Shown in pieces: positions 9,489 through 19,182 of a stretch of 64,000 nt of DNA. The stretch is from sequence record MW349129.1. The stretch is one strand, 5' to 3'. Position 1 is the first letter of the stretch. Each line of letters begins with the position of its first letter. A program made the translations under genes and the position numbers. The notes under the pieces were generated by a model. The model had not been told where the DNA came from and did not search any database. It saw only the letters and a program-made list of their open reading frames with translations.

Positions 9489-11654
9489 TTATTTATTAAT
9501 TCTACTGTATATATGGCAAAATGTTATGTCATCTAAATTTACTGTTTCATTTAATAATCTTTCTTTCCAGTTCTCTCCAAGATCATATATCATTTCTGAT
9601 AATAATTTCTCTGTGTAGTTCTGTAAAGGAACTAGTTTAGCATCATATTTACTGAATTTTTGTATATAGTTTTCATAACTTAAATCATCAGATACATATT
9701 TAATAGATTCAAATATATAAGGTTTAAATATCATATATCTATCAAAGTCCATATCATCATGAATCATTAATAATTTAGGTAAATAATAAGATTCAATAGG
9801 TACTTTAATTTCTAATCCTTGAATATTATTTTTATAATGAACTTCATATTTTAATTTTCTATCTTTCCAATCAAAATTATTAAGAGCATAATGTATAGGT
9901 TCTTCTTCAATATAATAATCAATTCCATCATTACTATATAATTGAACACTATCAAATGATCTAGGATCATTATCTGAATCAATATTATTTAACTCATTAT
10001 TTTCATTAGTCATTACATAATCTTCATATATAAAATAATAATTTTTAATATTAGGATATACTAAAGCTTTTTTATTAACGTCTGAATGTTTCTTAACTGT
10101 ATTTGAATTTATGATAAGTGAATCAAATAAGAAATTATTTTCATCAGGTGTAGTTATTTGTATATCATTTTCTTTTCTAAGATATACTTCATTGATATAC
10201 TCGTCTATATTCATTTCTGGAAATCTCTTATATAAACCTAATGTACATAAATTATTATGATCTTCATGAACTTTAGCAATATAATTTTTACCATTAATAT
10301 TTACTACAGCTTCTTCTTGTTTAAAATTCTTTATTTGATTGTTATTAAATTTTCTTCTAAATAATATTTTGAAATCATACATTCCAGATTCAGATAAAGA
10401 AACACTATTTTTAATAGTTCCTGTAGTTAAAGAAAACTTATCAGATAAACTACTAACTTCTTCTATATTTGTGACTCTATTATCTATTCTAAAGGTTTCT
10501 AAAGTTTTACCAGTTCCCTGATTGTAAGAATCATTATCTATATAGAAATCTTTAATAGGTACTATAGTTCTGGTTCCTACTTTGAAGTAATTTTCTTGTT
10601 TAGAATAGAAAGGATTTTTGGCTTCAGGAACTTCAACTTCTTCTAGTAATATAACGTTTATATCATTTTCTTTAGTAGAGAAGTTTTTATCATATTCAAA
10701 TTTAAATGTATGAGTTCCTTCCTCCAAGTATATTGGTGGCTCTTCAAAATATTCATCTTTATCATCATCATATTTTTCTAATATAGATCTAAACCATAAT
10801 AAACTTTTATTCGTAGGAGTTCTAAAATAACTTCCCACATTATCTATAAACACTTTATTCACTGTACCATTATTATAATGATTTCCAGCTTTAAATCTTA
10901 CTTCATAATGGGATGATTTAGGAATATTAATTTTCATTTCTAATATTCCATCTTCTATAGTCACATATCCTTTTCCTAAGAATCTGTCATAACCTGAATC
11001 TCTCTTATAAGCTCCATCAAATTCACTTTCTCTAGTTCTATAAACATCACCTAAATATGCATCATAGAATATTCTTCCATCTTCTACTAATCCATTATAT
11101 ATAATACCATCTATTAATTCAGATTCTTTTAATATTTTTTGATTAAACGCATAGTCTTTAGGATAATTATTATTATCTTTATAGACTGGTGGATAAGGTT
11201 CAATTTTCACCTCACTTTCTACCAGATTGTTAAAATTTAAATCTTCATACTCAATATTACCTATATAATTGGTATCATATATTCTTTCCATTTTACCTAA
11301 ATAATTATAATATATTGTAAATAGATCATACTTTAATTCACCAATTAATTCATAAGGTCTTTCTTCATATACTAAAACATCTTTAGTTAATTCATTTTGA
11401 TTTAATATAGGATTTTCAATCCCATATTCTTTTTTAATATATGAAGCTGATTCAAATAAATTAACCTCACCATCTTCTTTAAAAGATAATTTATTATATT
11501 CATCAGAATCAAATTCTATTTTTAATAATAATTTTTCTTTCTTTTTAGTTTTAGTTGTAATTAATGGTCTATTTTCATTATCTTTAATTTTAGTAATGAC
11601 AATTTCACCATTATTATTTTTATCAATTAATTCTTCTATTCTATAAAGCTTCAT
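9489..11654 (-). CDS. Probable virion/baseplate protein with CBM6/35-like beta-sandwich domains
   Basis: INIPKSSHYEVRFKAG..PIYLEEGTHTFKFEY and a second SLSESGMYDFKILF..YLRKENDIQI unit; last gene of the minus-strand tail operon. Confidence 0.5.
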   Translation of the reverse strand: MKLYRIEELIDKNNNGEIVITKIKDNENRPLITTKTKKKEKLLLKIEFDSDEYNKLSFKEDGEVNLFESASYIKKEYGIENPILNQNELTKDVLVYEERPYELIGELKYDLFTIYYNYLGKMERIYDTNYIGNIEYEDLNFNNLVESEVKIEPYPPVYKDNNNYPKDYAFNQKILKESELIDGIIYNGLVEDGRIFYDAYLGDVYRTRESEFDGAYKRDSGYDRFLGKGYVTIEDGILEMKINIPKSSHYEVRFKAGNHYNNGTVNKVFIDNVGSYFRTPTNKSLLWFRSILEKYDDDKDEYFEEPPIYLEEGTHTFKFEYDKNFSTKENDINVILLEEVEVPEAKNPFYSKQENYFKVGTRTIVPIKDFYIDNDSYNQGTGKTLETFRIDNRVTNIEEVSSLSDKFSLTTGTIKNSVSLSESGMYDFKILFRRKFNNNQIKNFKQEEAVVNINGKNYIAKVHEDHNNLCTLGLYKRFPEMNIDEYINEVYLRKENDIQITTPDENNFLFDSLIINSNTVKKHSDVNKKALVYPNIKNYYFIYEDYVMTNENNELNNIDSDNDPRSFDSVQLYSNDGIDYYIEEEPIHYALNNFDWKDRKLKYEVHYKNNIQGLEIKVPIESYYLPKLLMIHDDMDFDRYMIFKPYIFESIKYVSDDLSYENYIQKFSKYDAKLVPLQNYTEKLLSEMIYDLGENWKERLLNETVNLDDITFCHIYSRINK

Positions 11655-11684
11655 TGTAATAGCTCAACTCTCTTCTATAATATT

Positions 11685-13136
11685 TTATGATAATAAACTT
11701 CCAATAGGACTGTTAGGATGAGGGTTTGCTTTAGACTTATAACCATAAATAGTATCATCTATTTGTTGTTTAAATACTCTTCCTTTTAATACTTGCATAC
11801 TTCTTGAATATTGATTTTGCATATTAATTTGAGCTTTATCTATAATTGATAGTTGATCTCTTCTAATACCTGCTAAACAATCAATGTAAGAGATTAAACC
11901 TGTATTAAATTTCATACGTTGGAATGATTTTGATGCCATTAAGTTAGGATACATATCTCTTATATTTAGTGATATTGTTATTTCTCTAGGAAAACCATCA
12001 GCTGTCCATGTACCTTCTTCTCCACGAACTATATTCATTGAAGTTATAATCCCTGTATGACATTCAAATCTGCCAGGACAATTTGCTCTAACAATGAATG
12101 GTTGTTTATATGAGAAAATAGAATCTTGTAAAGGTAAAGCTAATACTAATAATGACATGAATGGTAGATATACATTTTCAAAGATAGATTGAGGATCTCC
12201 ATACGCACTGTAGAATTTAAATTCTAAATTATAAGTACGATCAAAAGTTGAGTTCATCCAAACATCAGGGTAATACATTGATGCACCATCTAAATTTTCC
12301 ATAAAGTTACCAACTATACCACCTAATACTGGCATACTTGAAACCATGTCATTAATACTATCTTTAATAGATCTTGTAATTTTACCTAAAATAGAAGCTC
12401 CTCCAATACGAGCCATTTCTTTTTCTTCACGTATTTCTTGGTTTTTATTATTAATTTGAGAAGCTATATCAGATTGATTATACTCATGCATTGCTGATTC
12501 AGATACACTAGTTGCCTTATCTGCATAATAAGCTAAACCGTAGTTTTTATCATCTAAAGATCCACCCAGATCAAATGATCCTTTTAGTCCCATAGATGCG
12601 TGTAGTTGACTTCCCATAGTTTGTACATATTTATAGTACTCACTCATTTTAGGTTCAAAACTAACCATACGTCCATCTTTAGTATTACCTATACCGACTA
12701 AACCAGCTGTAGTGTTTGCTAATTTATCTAAACCTTCTCCAAAACTCCATAGTTTACCTTCTCCCGGTTTACCAAATAGTTTACCATTTAGTTTAGGCAT
12801 ACCTGGCATTATAAATACTAAAGGTAAATCCAATTCAAATGTTCTTTTATATATTCTTCTATTAGGATCATCTAAACTAGAATAATACATTGGCATTCCA
12901 AATACATCTAGTTCACCTTTAACATTTCTTAATTGAGTTTTATCAGAAGCTCCATATTCAGAAATATCACGAGTATTACCTGTGGCATCTTTAAATACAC
13001 CTAAATCATTTTGACTAGGATCATATTCTTGAAAATCATAATCGCCTTTAGTTTCATCGGGTTTAGGTATTAAAGCCATATCATCGTCACTAATATCTAA
13101 TGGTTTCGTATCATTTTTTTCTTTTTCCTCTGCCAA
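11685..13136 (-). CDS. Baseplate/tail-tube initiator-like protein (T4 gp48/gp54-like)
   Basis: RTYNLEFKF..LALP..QPFIVR..GIITSMNIVRG..W..DGFPREITISLNIRDM pattern. Confidence 0.55.
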   Translation of the reverse strand: MAEEKEKNDTKPLDISDDDMALIPKPDETKGDYDFQEYDPSQNDLGVFKDATGNTRDISEYGASDKTQLRNVKGELDVFGMPMYYSSLDDPNRRIYKRTFELDLPLVFIMPGMPKLNGKLFGKPGEGKLWSFGEGLDKLANTTAGLVGIGNTKDGRMVSFEPKMSEYYKYVQTMGSQLHASMGLKGSFDLGGSLDDKNYGLAYYADKATSVSESAMHEYNQSDIASQINNKNQEIREEKEMARIGGASILGKITRSIKDSINDMVSSMPVLGGIVGNFMENLDGASMYYPDVWMNSTFDRTYNLEFKFYSAYGDPQSIFENVYLPFMSLLVLALPLQDSIFSYKQPFIVRANCPGRFECHTGIITSMNIVRGEEGTWTADGFPREITISLNIRDMYPNLMASKSFQRMKFNTGLISYIDCLAGIRRDQLSIIDKAQINMQNQYSRSMQVLKGRVFKQQIDDTIYGYKSKANPHPNSPIGSLLS

Positions 13137-13177
13137 TATTATTCACTTCCTTTAATTTCATTTATTTTGAAATAATA

Positions 13178-13217
13178 TATGCGGATATGACATATAATAA
13201 ACTGTCATATCCGCATA
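13178..13217 (-). terminator. Stem-loop/terminator between two tail genes
   Basis: Perfect 15-bp inverted repeat TATGCGGATATGACA / TGTCATATCCGCATA. Confidence 0.7.
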
Positions 13218-13267
13218 ATCTTTACTATATAAAAGAGATGTTCTTCTATTTATTCAAATCATTAACT

Positions 13268-16200
13268 TTATTTACCTGAAAATACTGGTATAGCAGATCT
13301 CACGTCAATATTGAATTGATCTCCATAAGCTCTATTAATAGCTTCTTGAAGATCAGAATCTCCTTGTGAAGGTCCATTATTATTACCAGGGTTGATAATA
13401 ATAGTATCTCCATTTCCATTATTGCCACCTGTACCAGGATTATATGGATCATTAGGATTAACAATGACATTTCCATTATTTCCGTTATTACCATTGTTTC
13501 CATTTTGTCCGTTATTACTATTATTGCCATTTTGTCCGTTATTACCGTTGCTACCATTATTTCCATTTGCACCATTGATAATATCTGGATTATTTTGTAA
13601 ATTATCTTTAATGATTTTATCAATTTCTTTATTAATTTCTTTGATAATTACATTACCTTTAGAATCAACTAAGTCACCTTTATTATTGATAGTTGTGTTA
13701 TTAAAGATATTGTCACCTTTATTAATAGTAGTGTTATTACCTTTAAATGACATTTTTCTAAGTTGATCTAACATCTTAGCTGTATTCTTATCAATATTAC
13801 TTGTATGCTTAGTAATTTCATCTAAATCCATACGTTTTTGCTTATCAACTTTCATAGGTCCATTTTTGTAAGATACTGTAGAGTTATTATAATTATTAGT
13901 AATGTTATAAATATTTCTTACAGTATTATTATCACCTTGAATTGTTTGATGAGTAGTAGAATTGTTGGTTGTAGTTCCCGGTGAAGTATAGTTATTATTA
14001 ACTATGGTAGAATTAGTATTCCCCCCATTATTAATTACAGTACTTCCGCCAGAAGAACTTCCTGATCCTTGTTGTTGAGATTGACCTGGCATTGATGAAG
14101 ATGATCCATCTTGACCAGTTGCACCAGATTGACCATCAGAACCACTAGATCCTGATGAACCTGATGAACCAGAGTCTCCTGATTCACCATCTTCTCCATC
14201 AGATCCTGATGAACCTGATTCAGATTTCTTCTTACCAGCTTCAGATTTAAGCTTTTCTTGTTGTTCTTGATCTATTTTTTTGGCTTCTTCGTAATCAATA
14301 CCATATATTTGAGCGTAACGTTTCATTAAACGATCATTTAATGCTTCTTGTTCTTCTTCATCCATACGGTTATCGTCACGTCCAGTAATGGATCCGTACC
14401 AAGTACCATTTTTGAAACTATATTCTGAAGCTCCTGGTGAACCTCCTGATTCTGAACCTTCATCACTTGAGCTTCCGCTATCAGAACCTCCTTCACCATA
14501 TCTCATATATCCATCAATTCCCCATTTAGGGTTTTTATATTTATTAGCGCTGTTAATAACAACACCATCAACGCCATTAGCTTCTACTTGTTTACCTCCA
14601 CCAATGTACATTGTAACGTGTTCTATATTATCACATAAAATAATGTCACCTGGTTTAAGGTCTTTGGGACTTTTAGCTTTAATTTTTTCAAAAGGCGTAT
14701 CTCCATTCCAGAATGAATGAGTAGTGGCGTTTTTATCCATATCTAAACCAGCTTTTACATAAGCTCTAGCTATCAAACTAGAACAGTCAAAAGAATTAGC
14801 TCCTTGTCTGTTAGGTTGTGAATATTTTGCACCAACCTGTTTCTTAGCCCATGCAACAGCTTTATCAATTTTGGCTTTTTGACTTCCGCCACCGCCACCG
14901 CCTCTTTGTATAGGTGGATTGCCTTTAATTATTCCTGTTCTACGTGAGCTTTTGTTTTTTCCTGATGTAGATGAAACCATGTTAGAAAATTTACTAATAT
15001 CATTTGTATCAGCTATAACTGAACCGGCTCCACCTCCGCCAGCTCCTCCACCTTTTTTCTTAGTAGATTTTTTACCAGAACCACTGAATTGTTTGATAAA
15101 AGCATTACCAGAAGAAATACGTGACCCTAAAGCAGGAACACCAGCTCTTTCATATTTACTTACCCAAGAAGCAGCTGCTTGTTCTACTGTTTTAGTAGTT
15201 TTAAGGTGAGATAAGGCAGCACTTTCTGATCCACTTAATTCTTTCCATAAATAATCTAATTGTAAGTCTAAATCAGACCATTTTTTACCTTTTTCTTTAG
15301 CATATTTCATTAAACCTTGTCTACGAGTATTATCCCATTGAGCAATACCAATACCATAACCAGAAATAGCACTATTAGCTTTTGCTTCATCAAATTTGGC
15401 ATCTCCTTGAACACGATCAGCTTTCATTCCAGATTCATGTGCAAAGTTACCTAAAACACCAGCAGTTTGTTCATCAGAAAGTCCTTTATCTTTAAGGAAA
15501 TTCCAAATTTTCTCTGCACCTTCACCTTCAATTCCGGCTGCATCACTTCCTGAAGATGATGCTGAACTTGATGAAGATGATCCAGAGCCAGCCATAAAAC
15601 CAGCCATGATATCATTCATCATTCCTCCGAGCTTGTCAAACCAGTCTCCAATAGTGTTAACTACTTCTCCACCTGGTTCATTTATATCTAATTTAGATTT
15701 TTTCTTTTTCTTCTTACTTAGTAGAGAATAAAAAGGAGACATACGCATCATAGTTTCTGCTAATTTCTTAGGAGCCTTTTTAAGTTTACTCATAAGATTT
15801 TTAGGCATTAATTTATTCATTTGATGACCAATTCTACCCATTACTGATAATGGTGAATTTTTCATAGCTCCGTCTACATCTTTTTTAATGTCGTCTCTAG
15901 TTTTTCCTGCTGATTCTTCTACTTGTTTCTTAGCATCTTTGTTAGCTTTATCTGACATACCTTGCATTTCTGCTATTTCTTTTTTAGCTCTATCAGATGC
16001 TTCACTTTCAATACCTTCTTGATATGAACCTAATTCTTCTTTACTAGCTTCAGTCATTTCTTTACTCATATTTCCCATTTCTTCTTCATGACTAGAGAAT
16101 TTATCTTTTAACCATCCCCAACCAGATTTAATTAATCCAGTTCCTCCTTGAAGAAGCATAGAAGTCATACCAGTTAAATTACTTAAACCTTTACCGGCTA

Positions 16201-19159
16201 ATGCTAAAGGAGCCATCATTAACATGGAAGCTCCACCAACAACTTTCTTAATTAATCCACCAAAGCCGCTTGATTTTTCTTCCATAGCCATATCAGTTTG
16301 ATCTCCAAAACTTTTAGCCATACCAGTAGTTTTCTGAACCATATTCATACCTAAACCAAATGCTGGTTTTACAATTGATTTATATAATCCCACACCAGCC
16401 AATCCTAATAAAGGAGTAGAAGCTAATAATGGATTATCTTTAATAAATCCTCCTATAATTGAAGATTTATCTGTAGAACCATTCATTTTAGTATCAACTG
16501 AAGGATCAACTGCAAAGTTTTCTCCACCAGGTTGAGTTGAATCTAATTTTTCTTGTTCCTTTTTAGTTTTAGAAGGATGATCATTGAATCCAATAATACT
16601 ACCTAATGTTTTAATTGGATGTTTTAATGAGTCTATAGGATTAGTTATTGTTCTAATAATATCTGGACCAGCTAATGCCAATGATGCAATCTGTCCAATT
16701 CCAGGGATAGCATTTACTCCAACACGAGCACCTACTTTAGCTCCTGCTTTAAGTAATCCTTTACCTACAGCTTTTTTAGCACCTTTTCCAGCAGCCATTT
16801 TAGCAGCTCTAGCTTTAAGTTTTCCTTTAAGTTTACTACCTGCACCGGCCATTAAAGCACCGCCAGCAGCAAATTTACCAGTTAAAGAACCACCTGCACT
16901 AGTTATTTTACTACCTAATTTAGTATTAGATAATTTCCCTATTTTTTCTTTAGCAAAGTCTTTACCTTTGTTTTTATATTTATCAAATTTTTCTTTGACA
17001 TGTTTATTACTATCAATAAGATCTTGAGCATCTTCCATTCTATCTACAAGATCTTTATCATCTGAATTGTCAGAAGGTTTTGCTTGTCCATTTTCTAAAG
17101 TTTGTTCATTAGGAATAATAGTAGATCTATTATCATCATCTTTAATATTATCATTTCTTGTATTATCAGATTGTCTACTTTGATTTGGACTAGAAGATGT
17201 TGTAGAAGTATTTTTATTTAAAGTTTGTTCTCTAGGATCTATTTCTCTAGAAATATTATCATTAGGTTGATTTACATCACTAATAATACCACTTGAATTA
17301 CTATCACTAGAATTTCCGCTATATCTTCTCTCAGGTATTTTATTATTTATTCTAGATACAATTTCTTTAATTTCACTTATATCTTTATTAACGATATTAA
17401 AGTTAATATTATCGTATAATGCATCTTTGTTAGTGCTAAGAATACCACTTCTATTTTCATTATTTAATTTAGAAGTAATGTTTTTAGAAGTGCCTTTTCT
17501 TTCATTTTCATCATTAAGAGCATTTATAGAACTACTAGATAATTTTTTCTTAATATCTTTAGATTCTTTATTTAATTGCATTCTAGTTTTAGTTAAACTA
17601 GTTTTAGCTTCTTTATCATTAAATAATTTATCTAAAAGAATATTAAATGGATCATTCGGATCATTTGATTTAACTTGATCAAGTTCATTACTGTTATTAA
17701 TATTTTTAGAAATGATTTCTTTAATTTTAGATGTAGCTTTATTTTTATTATTTTCATTACTAAAAAGATCAATACCTATTTCAGAAGCTATATTTTCAAA
17801 TTCTTTAGTAAAACTAGATTCCTTAATAGTTTTACTAACTTTTTCTTCTATATCATCTTTAATTGACTTAGAAGTTTTAAATGAACCTGAATCATAGTCA
17901 TAATGAATTTCTTGTCCATCTTCTGAAGTTAAACCAACTATTTTAGATAAATAACCAGGTATAACTGTATTAAGTGTATTATGAGTTTCTACATCAAAAG
18001 CAACTTTTTGATGTCTATCTTTTCTGTTAGCAGTTGATATACCACCAGTTACACTATCAAATATTTTATCAATTAATTTACTTTTACCTGATTTAACATC
18101 TTCAAGAAGATCATCTCTTCTTTTATCTCTTTTTATTTGTTTATCTTTATCGTTTCCATCACTAAAAGGATTAAATTTTTTATTAGCAAATTTACCGACT
18201 GCTTTTTCTATGAAAGTATTTTCATTATTAAGAAAATCAAAAGCTTTACCTTTAGCTACATCAACTAATCCTAAACTTTTAATTCCTTGTTTTTTAGAAC
18301 CAATAACTTCTTTAAGCAATTCAGTTCCTTGTGTTTTAATAAAGTCTTTAGCTTTATCTTTAAATCCTTCTTCTTGAGATCCTTCCAATATATTTGATAA
18401 AGTTATATTAGATAGGAATAAATCTTCTAATGAATTACTATTTTTAATTTCAGATATATTTTTAATTTTAGTATTCTGTCTAATAGCATTACTAGTTTGA
18501 ATTAAACCATTTAAGTTCTGGAACATACTTTCTCTAATACTATCATTAGCTTCTCTCATTAAATTAAGATTATCAATCATAGAAGTAAATCCGGTAGTAT
18601 TTATTTGAGAAAGATTAGACACAGAAGAAGTTAATAAAGCTGTAGATTTAGCAGAAGAACCACCATCATTAATAACAGTTGTAGAAGATACTATTTTAGA
18701 TTTATTATTATCTTCTTCATCAAAGTCATCAAATTCAAAATCTCCATCTAAAGAATCATCCATTTCAGAGTCCATATCTGAAAAACTATCGTCAAAACCA
18801 AAATCTTCAAAATCACCACCGACATCCATACCCATGTTATTGAAGTCTTTTAATGATCCTTTATCTTGAATTGTTTCTCCAGTTTTAAAGGTATTTTTAG
18901 TAGATTCTAAAGCTTCTTTAGATAAATCTTTAGTAGATTCACTTATCTTTTGTAATTGTTTTTTCTTTTTATTCTTTAATTCTTTAACAGCTTTTAATGG
19001 ATTATTTTGATCCATAATGCGTTTCATGTCATTAGACTTCATGTTATTTAAATTTTTATTAAATTCATTATCTATATATTTTCTAGAAGATTTAGAGGAG
19101 GAGTTATTTCTAAACTCCTTCTCTATCTTGCTAGTACTAAATTTATTATCTTTAGCCAA
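13268..19159 (-). CDS. Giant tail (tape-measure-like) protein with phage tail lysozyme and NlpC/P60 domains
   Basis: KIWNFLKDKGLSDEQTAGVLGNFAHESG (about 15086-15518); FDCSSL..PGDII..HVTMYIG (about 14498-14876); A/G/K-rich tape-measure-like region; TTG start. Confidence 0.8.
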   Translation of the reverse strand: MAKDNKFSTSKIEKEFRNNSSSKSSRKYIDNEFNKNLNNMKSNDMKRIMDQNNPLKAVKELKNKKKKQLQKISESTKDLSKEALESTKNTFKTGETIQDKGSLKDFNNMGMDVGGDFEDFGFDDSFSDMDSEMDDSLDGDFEFDDFDEEDNNKSKIVSSTTVINDGGSSAKSTALLTSSVSNLSQINTTGFTSMIDNLNLMREANDSIRESMFQNLNGLIQTSNAIRQNTKIKNISEIKNSNSLEDLFLSNITLSNILEGSQEEGFKDKAKDFIKTQGTELLKEVIGSKKQGIKSLGLVDVAKGKAFDFLNNENTFIEKAVGKFANKKFNPFSDGNDKDKQIKRDKRRDDLLEDVKSGKSKLIDKIFDSVTGGISTANRKDRHQKVAFDVETHNTLNTVIPGYLSKIVGLTSEDGQEIHYDYDSGSFKTSKSIKDDIEEKVSKTIKESSFTKEFENIASEIGIDLFSNENNKNKATSKIKEIISKNINNSNELDQVKSNDPNDPFNILLDKLFNDKEAKTSLTKTRMQLNKESKDIKKKLSSSSINALNDENERKGTSKNITSKLNNENRSGILSTNKDALYDNINFNIVNKDISEIKEIVSRINNKIPERRYSGNSSDSNSSGIISDVNQPNDNISREIDPREQTLNKNTSTTSSSPNQSRQSDNTRNDNIKDDDNRSTIIPNEQTLENGQAKPSDNSDDKDLVDRMEDAQDLIDSNKHVKEKFDKYKNKGKDFAKEKIGKLSNTKLGSKITSAGGSLTGKFAAGGALMAGAGSKLKGKLKARAAKMAAGKGAKKAVGKGLLKAGAKVGARVGVNAIPGIGQIASLALAGPDIIRTITNPIDSLKHPIKTLGSIIGFNDHPSKTKKEQEKLDSTQPGGENFAVDPSVDTKMNGSTDKSSIIGGFIKDNPLLASTPLLGLAGVGLYKSIVKPAFGLGMNMVQKTTGMAKSFGDQTDMAMEEKSSGFGGLIKKVVGGASMLMMAPLALAGKGLSNLTGMTSMLLQGGTGLIKSGWGWLKDKFSSHEEEMGNMSKEMTEASKEELGSYQEGIESEASDRAKKEIAEMQGMSDKANKDAKKQVEESAGKTRDDIKKDVDGAMKNSPLSVMGRIGHQMNKLMPKNLMSKLKKAPKKLAETMMRMSPFYSLLSKKKKKKSKLDINEPGGEVVNTIGDWFDKLGGMMNDIMAGFMAGSGSSSSSSASSSGSDAAGIEGEGAEKIWNFLKDKGLSDEQTAGVLGNFAHESGMKADRVQGDAKFDEAKANSAISGYGIGIAQWDNTRRQGLMKYAKEKGKKWSDLDLQLDYLWKELSGSESAALSHLKTTKTVEQAAASWVSKYERAGVPALGSRISSGNAFIKQFSGSGKKSTKKKGGGAGGGGAGSVIADTNDISKFSNMVSSTSGKNKSSRRTGIIKGNPPIQRGGGGGGSQKAKIDKAVAWAKKQVGAKYSQPNRQGANSFDCSSLIARAYVKAGLDMDKNATTHSFWNGDTPFEKIKAKSPKDLKPGDIILCDNIEHVTMYIGGGKQVEANGVDGVVINSANKYKNPKWGIDGYMRYGEGGSDSGSSSDEGSESGGSPGASEYSFKNGTWYGSITGRDDNRMDEEEQEALNDRLMKRYAQIYGIDYEEAKKIDQEQQEKLKSEAGKKKSESGSSGSDGEDGESGDSGSSGSSGSSGSDGQSGATGQDGSSSSMPGQSQQQGSGSSSGGSTVINNGGNTNSTIVNNNYTSPGTTTNNSTTHQTIQGDNNTVRNIYNITNNYNNSTVSYKNGPMKVDKQKRMDLDEITKHTSNIDKNTAKMLDQLRKMSFKGNNTTINKGDNIFNNTTINNKGDLVDSKGNVIIKEINKEIDKIIKDNLQNNPDIINGANGNNGSNGNNGQNGNNSNNGQNGNNGNNGNNGNVIVNPNDPYNPGTGGNNGNGDTIIINPGNNNGPSQGDSDLQEAINRAYGDQFNIDVRSAIPVFSGK
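14217..14437. repeat. 221-bp direct repeat, copy 1
   Basis: Colinear with 19697-19917; 22 mismatches counted by hand (about 90% identity). Confidence 0.95.
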
Positions 19160-19182
19160 TTATTAGTTCCACCTCCTGCTAT

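Noticed and set aside
13415-13580. N/G-rich microrepeats (NGNNGQ) and S/G runs in the tail proteins
   Set aside because: Ordinary low-complexity linkers with no evidence of a phase-variable frame change.
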